Shown here piece after piece: positions 8,356-15,942 of a DNA stretch of 20,000 nucleotides (its first letter is position 1; every line of letters starts with the position of its first letter). The stretch is from sequence record DRR723986_2455; one strand, given 5' to 3'. The position numbers were made by a program, and so were the translations under genes. The notes below the pieces were generated by a model. The model saw only the letters and a list, made by a program, of their open reading frames with translations, made no database searches and was not told the origin of the DNA.

Positions 8356-8422
8356 GTTGAAGGCCGTGGCTAGTTGCTGTTAGTCCTCTTTCTCGGTCTT
8401 TGCGCTTGGTGCCAAAGAGTGT

Positions 8423-8848
8423 TCAGGTTCCTGGCTTCATATAATTTCTGGCCTCAAATATCACCCTGCTGATACTGCCTCCGCTAATAATATGTTCAGC
8501 AGGTGATTTTCCGTCTATTCCTTCGGACAGAAAAAATATTATGGCTGATTCTTGGTCATTCTTGTCTGGAAATGCGGAGATAATATCCGGTAAATGCGCT
8601 TGAATTGTCGAAATAAACTGAAATTTTGGTAAGCGGTATTCAGTGCCGTGAAGCTGGTAAACGAGAAGTCCGTTCTGCTTAATTTTCCTTATGATTTCCG
8701 CCGGAGATAGCGACAACTCACCGGCGGCCTCTTCCATCGATAATGCGCCGCCATTGTTCTGTACAAGAGTGTGAAATCTGTCAGTGCCTGTCATCAAAGC
8801 GGAGCTGATTAAATCGTCACAGTCGCCTTTTCTGTCCCTCATATCCAT
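8423..8848 (-). CDS. HTH protein resembling MbcA/ParS/Xre-like antitoxins of RES toxin-antitoxin systems
   Basis: GGALSMEEAAGELSLSPAEIIRKIKQNGLL (HTH), then YRLPKFQF...LPDII...FFLS..IDGKSP. This pattern is typical of HTH antitoxins found next to RES genes. Confidence 0.6.
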   Translation of the reverse strand: MDMRDRKGDCDDLISSALMTGTDRFHTLVQNNGGALSMEEAAGELSLSPAEIIRKIKQNGLLVYQLHGTEYRLPKFQFISTIQAHLPDIISAFPDKNDQESAIIFFLSEGIDGKSPAEHIISGGSISRVIFEARNYMKPGT

Positions 8849-9120
8849 TTTTTTCCATTGTGCAATGGCCTACTGTGTAGCAGGGCTCTCACATTCACTA
8901 AAAATGACTCGACCCGTGAAGATATAACCGCTGGACATCAAGGTTTGGCGGCGCTAATCCGCACAATTATCGCAGCGGAATTGTTGTTTTCAGAAGCTAT
9001 TTGAAAATCATGTCACAAAATAAATAACAAGAAAATGACTAAAGTAAATCGATAAATTTAAAGAACGTAGTCATGTCATAAGTCTTAAAGTTACTTTATA
9101 AAAATATCACACAGTTTGTA

Positions 9121-9189
9121 TCTATATGTTTTTAAAAGATATTTGTTGAATGTGCTGATTTTCTTCTATATGTTTTAGAAAATTATTTG
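9121..9189 (+). promoter_or_regulatory. 25-bp direct repeats in the AT-rich promoter region of the ner-like/tns operon, putative operators
   Basis: TCTATATGTTTTTAAAAGATATTTG (9121-9145) and TCTATATGTTTTAGAAAATTATTTG (9165-9189) are 21/25 identical with a 44-bp period. TTGAAT at 9146-9151 lies between them. Confidence 0.55.
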
Positions 9190-9202
9190 AAATTTTTTTC
9201 CT

Positions 9203-9448
9203 ATGGCTAATAGAGAGCGGATTAAGCAGGCATTTAGCGATAGCAACCTGTCAATTGCCGAATGGTCTCGGGAGAGGGGCTTTAGTGAAAGTTTGGTCTA
9301 TCAGGTGCTGGCGGCGAAAAAGCTCCCGAAGCGGGGGCAAAGCTACGAAATAGCCGTGGCTTTGGGGTTAGTTGACCCATCTCGGGCGAGTGTGTCCGGG
9401 AAAGTGGCCGAGTTCGAAAGAAAAATTAAGGAGGGGCTTAGCGCGTAG
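9203..9448 (+). CDS. Ner-like DNA-binding protein (BcepMu gp16-type)
   Basis: IKQAF....LSIAEWSRERGFSESLVYQVL..KK...RGQSYEIAVALGL matches the phage-associated BcepMu gp16 family pattern. It lies directly upstream of the transposase. Confidence 0.8.
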   Translation: MANRERIKQAFSDSNLSIAEWSRERGFSESLVYQVLAAKKLPKRGQSYEIAVALGLVDPSRASVSGKVAEFERKIKEGLSA

Positions 9449-9614
9449 ATAAAGAAAAACCCGAAAAACTTGCGCTTTCCGGGCTTCCCGTGAGGTAGAT
9501 ACCTCGATCTAATCAATCTCAGTATCTCTCCTCGTTCGAAACCTGTCAAGCGTCCTATTCCCTGAATCAATGATTTGGGTCGAGCCCTCTTGGCCCAAAA
9601 AAGAGGACCATGTG

Positions 9615-12212
9615 ATGAATTCTATTAGAGCGGTGATCGAACAACCAAAAATGGCCGGCAAAATAACACCAGCAGGCCGTGCTTACATTGAGCGAGTGGC
9701 TAGAAATCCGCCCTCTCGAGCTGTCGGCGGAGGTATGTACAACAATGTAGTTTACTTCCCGTCTCGTAAGATGGGGTACGCGCTACATCTAGAAAGCTCT
9801 ACCTTGGAATTAGCCTTCGCTATCTGGTGCGAGATACAACTTTCGGTACAGCGGTACTACACGCAACCGGAGCCGAGGCGGATAAGGTACCAGTCTGCGT
9901 CGGGGCGTGTAGTCGGAAGTATGGTAACGCATGACTTCCTCGTCATTGGGGATGATGGCGTACAGTTCGTTGAGTGCAAGCCAAGTAGCGTGCTTGAGAA
10001 AAAACGCAAGAAGAATCCAACTAGGTATTTTGTTGATGAAGAGGGTCAATGGCAATGTGCAGCGTCAAAGCAGGACGCATCCACGCTCGGCTTTGAGCAT
10101 CGCATCGTAACTGAAAAATCTCTTAGCCAGAAATTGGTTCGTAACGCCGATATTTTAAAATCGCATGTTTTGCATATGGACTATGCATTCGAGCCCGCAA
10201 GCCAGGCGCGAGATAATGTAGGTATACCCCCCAGCATAGAAATTATGACCCTTTTCGAATTATATGAGCAAGTGGGTCAGGATGTAGCCTTGCAAGGAAT
10301 TCTTGCTGGCCGTTGGTTTGTTGATCTCGAAAATTCGTTGCTTATTCACCCAGAGAGAGTGTGGGTATATTTCAATAAAAATAAAATGTTAATTCAAAGA
10401 AAGTTATCGGATTGCCGACGAATAATTGTAGAGAATATTTACGATCTCGAGAGCGCCAGGACGGTTTTTTGGGATGGCAATTCCTGGGACATTGTGAATT
10501 TTAATGTCACGTCTAAGGCTATCACGCTTTGCTCATCATCGTCTGTTCTTCGTTTAGAGGGTGACGAATTGGAAAAGCTAATTGCAAAGCGGGCGTTTTC
10601 AAAGTCCAGCCCTTCTTCTCAAGCCGTCATTAATGAAAAGCTAATCCATGCAAAAGACGCTGACATAGAAGAGATGTTGCGGCGTGCAGAGATGGTAAAT
10701 GGGAAAAATAGTTCTGCTTCAGTAAGAACCGTCCAACGCTACAAACGATCTTTCTTCGAGGCGGAGGAGGATTTTGGTAATGGCCTAGTTGGTTTGTTGC
10801 CGCGTCATCCTGCGAAGGGGAATCGTACGCGTCGGCTTTGCGACGATACCGAAGCATTGATGAAGAAGATTATTGAAAAAAAATATCTGAAGAAAAACGG
10901 TGGCTCTGTGCGCAATTCGTACATATTGTACCTTGCTATCGCGCGGCGGATGAATCTTCAGGAAGTCACTTACAATACTTTCCACTCGCGGGTAACGAAA
11001 ATCTGTCAGAGAAGGCGGGTATCCCTTCGTGAGGGTGTAAAGGCTGCCTACCAGATGGCGCCCGCCGGTCGTTTGGAAATTGAAGAATCGCGGCCGCCCG
11101 ACGGAGACTTCGCATTCCAGATTGCTCACATCGACTCCACGCCAATTGAGCTTTCAATGGTGTCATCGATTAACGGTAAAGCTATAGGGAGTCTATGGCT
11201 GACCGTGATGGTTGATGCGTACTCTCGACATCCGCTCGCCTTCACCCTTTCTCCCCACAAGCCGTCTTTCCGCACGATAATGGAATTAATTATGAAGTGC
11301 TCGAAGCGTTGGTCGAGATTGCCGCTTACATTGGTGGTCGATCAAGGTTCTGAGCATAAAAATACATACCTGCAACAACTTTGTGCGTCTCTTGAGATAA
11401 CTCTCTTCTACAGGGCTGCATCTGCAGCGCGAGTTGGGGCGCCGGTTGAGCGCCTGTTCGGTACTTCTCAGCAGCAGCTCATTCATCAGCTTGAGGGAAA
11501 TAGAAAAAACATAAAAATGGGACGTGGAAAATCGCCATCACACGATCCACAAAAGCAAGCGTTGTGGTCGCCTACAGAATTTTCTCGGGTATTGGAGCAT
11601 TGGGCCTTTTATGTTTACCCCGGATTGACACATTCCACAACAGCTGAATCTCCTGCAGAAAGGCTGGCCAGGTCAGATGGAAAATTTCACAGGAAGCCAG
11701 GGGTGCCAGCAACATGGAACGAGGACTTTGAATTTCTCCTGTTACCGTCACCAAAAACTGGTCCAAGGACGATCACGGTGCGTGGGGTTACGATGTATGG
11801 CATTTCCTACCAGTTTACCCGGCCTGTCAATCCAGAGCGTTTGCCCAAAGAAAAAGTATTGATGAAATATAACCCCTTCAATCTTTCTTATTGTTATGTG
11901 CAAATCAATGGATTTTGGGAGCGGCTTGTCACCAATAATCCGATTGTACGCGAGTTTATAGAGGTCGGCTTTCCGCCGACAGAAATGGAAATTATTCCCT
12001 TGTTGAGAAAGCAAAAATCAGAATACGCATCTGTTCAAGATATTCAGATTGAATTTGTTTCAGAAGTCGAGGATTTTGAGCGGGAAATTTCAAAAGGCCA
12101 AGCGGTCTTGGAACACGCCAATAAGCATCGTGACGAGGTTCCATGCCGAAGAAACCTGCACGCTCCACGTCCAATCGACACGAACAGCCTGCCGCTAGCT
12201 GACGAGCTATAG
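9615..12212 (+). CDS. tnsAB: TnsA endonuclease-TnsB DDE transposase fusion
   Basis: N-terminal TnsA-like PD-(D/E)xK domain (FPSRKMG..ES.TLE...YYTQP...THDFLV...FVECKP). C-terminal DDE domain (AHIDST, VMVDAYSR, VVDQGSE, PVERLFG) and a Mu-transposase-C-like tail (KYNPFNLS). The start is probably 9612 or 9615 after GAGGA; the ORF track starts at 9570. Confidence 0.9.
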   Translation: MNSIRAVIEQPKMAGKITPAGRAYIERVARNPPSRAVGGGMYNNVVYFPSRKMGYALHLESSTLELAFAIWCEIQLSVQRYYTQPEPRRIRYQSASGRVVGSMVTHDFLVIGDDGVQFVECKPSSVLEKKRKKNPTRYFVDEEGQWQCAASKQDASTLGFEHRIVTEKSLSQKLVRNADILKSHVLHMDYAFEPASQARDNVGIPPSIEIMTLFELYEQVGQDVALQGILAGRWFVDLENSLLIHPERVWVYFNKNKMLIQRKLSDCRRIIVENIYDLESARTVFWDGNSWDIVNFNVTSKAITLCSSSSVLRLEGDELEKLIAKRAFSKSSPSSQAVINEKLIHAKDADIEEMLRRAEMVNGKNSSASVRTVQRYKRSFFEAEEDFGNGLVGLLPRHPAKGNRTRRLCDDTEALMKKIIEKKYLKKNGGSVRNSYILYLAIARRMNLQEVTYNTFHSRVTKICQRRRVSLREGVKAAYQMAPAGRLEIEESRPPDGDFAFQIAHIDSTPIELSMVSSINGKAIGSLWLTVMVDAYSRHPLAFTLSPHKPSFRTIMELIMKCSKRWSRLPLTLVVDQGSEHKNTYLQQLCASLEITLFYRAASAARVGAPVERLFGTSQQQLIHQLEGNRKNIKMGRGKSPSHDPQKQALWSPTEFSRVLEHWAFYVYPGLTHSTTAESPAERLARSDGKFHRKPGVPATWNEDFEFLLLPSPKTGPRTITVRGVTMYGISYQFTRPVNPERLPKEKVLMKYNPFNLSYCYVQINGFWERLVTNNPIVREFIEVGFPPTEMEIIPLLRKQKSEYASVQDIQIEFVSEVEDFEREISKGQAVLEHANKHRDEVPCRRNLHAPRPIDTNSLPLADEL

Positions 12213-12230
12213 ATTCTAGAGGACATCAAT

Positions 12231-13310
12231 ATGATTTCTCAAAAAACACTTATCGATATTGATAAATACCATTTCGATCACGACCATTTGATCCGGGCTC
12301 GTTGGGAGCTGTCTTGTCAGATACAGTGTGGCTTGCAGCACCAATTTGCGCTAATTCTTGGCCCCTCTGGCGTGGGCAAAACGAGTTTGCTGAACTATTT
12401 CGCGAAGAAGCTAACTGAGTACAGGATGGCTCCGGAGTTCACGGAGAGAAAGTCACCTCCAATCCTGCTAAACGCTCCAGCCCGCGTGCGCGGCTCCTTT
12501 CAATGGAAGCCGTTCCTCACTGATCTTATATCCAAGCTTGGAGCCGATATGGGTGCCATTTACGACTTGGACAGACATGTCAGTGATCTGACGTTGTATG
12601 CGGCCAAGCAAGTGAGGGTTGGGTTTAAGAAGCCGCAGGTCGAAACTTTGCATGATTTAGCAGCCAGCTTGATAGACGCGCAAAAGCCATTGGCAATATT
12701 CATCGATGAAGGTCAGCACTTTAGTAATTCTGGGACTGACGATCAGCGACGTGAAGACGTCGACCGACTTAAGACATGCGTTAATGATTTTAACACTAAG
12801 TTGGTTCTGGCTGGGACCTACGAGGGAATGGGGTTAATTGACTATAGTGAGCAAGTCGCAAGGCGAAACTCGCTGATAGAATTTCCTCGCTATGGCAAAT
12901 CTGATGTTGAGCTTAAAGCTTATGCCCAATGGTATGTTTCAGTCTGCAAAAAGGTGGGGATAGATGTGCGCTTGCCGCCGCTCAATGACCCTGAATACGT
13001 ACAGCACTATACCCTAGGTGTGCCTGGAATATTCACAAGCTGGCTTCAAGACGCGGTAAGCAATAGTCTGATGTGCGAGAAGAGTTCTGTTACAGAAAAA
13101 GCTTTAATTAGCACAAGACCCCATCCCAGGAAGTTAAAAGTCGCGTACGATAAAATCAGCCAGTATGAGCAGTATAACAATATCAGCTTCGATCAACTCT
13201 GTGACTTTGATCTTATCCCTTCTCCCGGTGAGGCTAGCGATGGGGTGTCTCGGAAGAGGTCAAAGCCTGGTCGGCGTCTCCCAACACGAGATCCGATAGG
13301 GCGTAGTTAA
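12231..13310 (+). CDS. tnsC: TnsC/TniB-like AAA+ ATPase
   Basis: Walker A GPSGVGKT, Walker B IFIDEGQH, LVLAGTY, arginine finger QVARR, and a C-terminal KPGRRLPTRDPIG. It lies between the transposase and tniQ. Confidence 0.92.
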   Translation: MISQKTLIDIDKYHFDHDHLIRARWELSCQIQCGLQHQFALILGPSGVGKTSLLNYFAKKLTEYRMAPEFTERKSPPILLNAPARVRGSFQWKPFLTDLISKLGADMGAIYDLDRHVSDLTLYAAKQVRVGFKKPQVETLHDLAASLIDAQKPLAIFIDEGQHFSNSGTDDQRREDVDRLKTCVNDFNTKLVLAGTYEGMGLIDYSEQVARRNSLIEFPRYGKSDVELKAYAQWYVSVCKKVGIDVRLPPLNDPEYVQHYTLGVPGIFTSWLQDAVSNSLMCEKSSVTEKALISTRPHPRKLKVAYDKISQYEQYNNISFDQLCDFDLIPSPGEASDGVSRKRSKPGRRLPTRDPIGRS

Positions 13311-13313
13311 TCG

Positions 13314-14612
13314 ATGTCGCTCTATGCAAAGTATGGGTTCGTTTTTTGCGAACCCATAATTGAACCGGGTAGCGACGTTGAGCTAATGTCTAGCTACTTG
13401 TCCAGGTGTGCAAATGTCAATTTCACCAGCACTTCACATCTTATTGCATCATTGGAAAAAGCAATGGTGCATCGACGAGCGCGTGGAAAGAAATCAAAAC
13501 GTTCACAGGGTGATATGTACAATGTAAATGGAATTGGCCCGCTTGCCAACGATGCTGTAGACGCGTTAGCTGGTGTCGAAGACCTGAATATAGATTTTAG
13601 AAATTTGACTTTAATCAAGTGGAGGCCATGGGTCGATTTCCGATTGCATGGAGTACTTCGGCCTAACAGGATGTGGTGTGCTCAATGCTGGGCTGAAGAT
13701 ATTGACCGAGGGATTGACCCTTATATACGACTTCTCTGGTCACTTCATTCTGTCACTGCCTGCTACAAACACAAATGTTTTTTGGAAGATCGTTGCCCGA
13801 AGTGCGATTCCTTGCAGGACATCGTTACTTCGTTTCCGCGACAATGGTATTGCTTTAGGTGTGGAAACGACCTCCTATCAGATGGGCAGGATATGAAGGG
13901 CGCCGGCGACGAGGCTATGTGGAAATCCCGAGGTATCGCAAGTCTAATTGATGCGGCTATCTGTGATGAAAACCGCCTTAGTCTGCAAAACCTTGGGAAG
14001 AATTTGCTATTTGTTGCGGATAATGTGTTGGACGGGGATATGACTGAGCTGGGTGAGGTGTGTGGCAACGATCTTCTCGAGGAGGGATTTTACTCTAGCT
14101 ACAAAAGACTTCATTTTCAGCGAATTGTGGATGTCGCTTATCGGTTGCAGATCAGTCCCGATCAGCTATTGGGGCCAAATTTTGTAATAACTACGCCACA
14201 TGAATGGAGGCCGGCAGCGTCGCGTACCAAGTACCGAAAATCTCCAAGAAAAATCGATACCGTCTTGATAAGAGAGAATATCAACAAGTGCCTGAGCGCC
14301 CCCGAAGCTATAAGCCTGAAAAATTTTTGTAAAGACAATGACATGTATCCCGAGGTATTTCGAGGCCATTTTCCAAAGTCTGCGGAATTGATTCAACAGC
14401 GATATTCACGTAAGAAGAAATTTCAGCGGCTTTTCTCGCGTCTTCAACGGGCGGGGAAAATATACCAGGCATCATTTGACATGATTTCTCAAGGGAGCTG
14501 CCCAAGTGAGCGCAGCTTGAGAGAGAAAACCGATCTTAAAGCCAGTGATTTTCGGCGAGATGACGTAAAACGGCTTATCGCGCAGATACAGGAAAAGTTC
14601 GGGAAGGCTTGA
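13314..14612 (+). CDS. tniQ: TniQ/TnsD-like target-selector protein
   Basis: ELMSSYLSRCANVN and Zn-finger motifs WCAQCW, ACYKH..L..RCPKC and CFRCG. A long C-terminal extension carries HTH-like segments. Confidence 0.9.
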   Translation: MSLYAKYGFVFCEPIIEPGSDVELMSSYLSRCANVNFTSTSHLIASLEKAMVHRRARGKKSKRSQGDMYNVNGIGPLANDAVDALAGVEDLNIDFRNLTLIKWRPWVDFRLHGVLRPNRMWCAQCWAEDIDRGIDPYIRLLWSLHSVTACYKHKCFLEDRCPKCDSLQDIVTSFPRQWYCFRCGNDLLSDGQDMKGAGDEAMWKSRGIASLIDAAICDENRLSLQNLGKNLLFVADNVLDGDMTELGEVCGNDLLEEGFYSSYKRLHFQRIVDVAYRLQISPDQLLGPNFVITTPHEWRPAASRTKYRKSPRKIDTVLIRENINKCLSAPEAISLKNFCKDNDMYPEVFRGHFPKSAELIQQRYSRKKKFQRLFSRLQRAGKIYQASFDMISQGSCPSERSLREKTDLKASDFRRDDVKRLIAQIQEKFGKA

Positions 14613-15057
14613 CTGGGTAAAGGCTGGTGAGAAGTCAGGTGTAGTGATAAGCCATGACAGAGCCTAGGCTAAAAAATAATATAATCGAGCCTATCGAGTA
14701 GGTTTTAGTCTAGTCGTAAAGAGTCGCATGGCAGAGGTATAATCCTACGATCGAGAGTGCGTGATCTAAGCTAGGAAACCATTCGCATGGCGAGTAAAAT
14801 GCTCATTACGGTTGCCAAGCATCTGCTTGTTGAATTCTCTGCAAAGGGAGCTTTTGGCATTCATTGCGTTTCGTTAATCAAGGAATTCACGATATTGTAG
14901 AAGCTTCTGCGTTGTGGTCTTTCTATGTCGGAGATCGAAACGGGTCAGATTTGGTTGCTGAGAAACTTAGGTTGTCACCTTGGAGGTTTAGCTTGGTTTA
15001 GCTATAGTGGTCTGCTAAACATCCATAGAAATTTTAACGAAAACACTAGGCGAAAAA

Positions 15058-15942
15058 ATGAACCGTTTAAAGAAGAGTGTTACCGTTCAGTTTTTTTCGA
15101 TTGATGCTCATGGCCAGTTCTTTATCGACTTTGTGACAAATTTTTCCTCTAATGCCGCAGGCTCAAATAGCTCGAGAATACTAACACTACGTAAAAAGAA
15201 ATATCTCGTCAAGCTGGCCGGAGAACATGTGATATCTGGAGAAAACTGTTTCGCTATTACCGCCGTTAGAGAGAGAAATACTTGGCAAACTAAAGCGTTA
15301 AGTAATGGGAAGATTACAGGTATTTCGCCGAACCAGGGCATAGTTGGCGATCCGTATTTCTTTCTTATTGTTCCTGGGAAGCGTTTGTTACTAGGGTTTA
15401 CCTCTGGCCCTGGTGGGAGTCTGAAAAGTGTAGGCAATACTGTGTTGGATCAGTTCGGTGGAGATCGCCTTTTAAAAGTTAAATTAGACTTGATTCCTAA
15501 GGAGAAGGAGTTCTCAACTTTGAAGGAGATTCCTGCATACAGCAGCCTTCATTTCAAGATAAATTCATCGTCTTTTTCTGAAGTTGCGGATGACGCTCCT
15601 CAGCTTATCAAAGATTTGAGTGCGGCTCCTTATATAGAGAATAATATGCAATTATCTTTGGACTTGGATGTTAATAATTCCTCTCCCAATTATATGTCCA
15701 GAGAAAATGTATTGGAGATAGTTAATTATTTGTCAGAGCATGAGGGATGCACTGTGCTGAAGGTTAAAGGCGTGGGCAATAATGGCGATTTGATAAGCTT
15801 GGATTTTGGGAACGCTTTTTTGAACTACAAGACTGAAATCAGTACTCGTGCTTCTTATGTTGAGGAAGATATTTCAATAAAGGTGTTGGAGGCGGCATTT
15901 TTAGAATATTTCGAATCTAATTTTTCTCAGAAAAAAGCTTAA
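15058..15942 (+). CDS. Hypothetical protein, possible defence-associated cargo
   Basis: 294-aa AT-rich ORF with no motif I can recognise. Its 3' end overlaps the 3' end of hamB by 26 bp. Confidence 0.7.
   Translation: MNRLKKSVTVQFFSIDAHGQFFIDFVTNFSSNAAGSNSSRILTLRKKKYLVKLAGEHVISGENCFAITAVRERNTWQTKALSNGKITGISPNQGIVGDPYFFLIVPGKRLLLGFTSGPGGSLKSVGNTVLDQFGGDRLLKVKLDLIPKEKEFSTLKEIPAYSSLHFKINSSSFSEVADDAPQLIKDLSAAPYIENNMQLSLDLDVNNSSPNYMSRENVLEIVNYLSEHEGCTVLKVKGVGNNGDLISLDFGNAFLNYKTEISTRASYVEEDISIKVLEAAFLEYFESNFSQKKA

Noticed and set aside
14613-15057. Possible mini CRISPR array downstream of tniQ (TCGCATGGC at 14724 and 14783, 59 bp apart)
   Set aside because: Only two 9-bp copies, no palindromic 28-37 bp repeat and no cas genes. 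Both copies precede -10-like hexamers (TATAAT, TAAAAT), so promoter sequence or chance is more likely.
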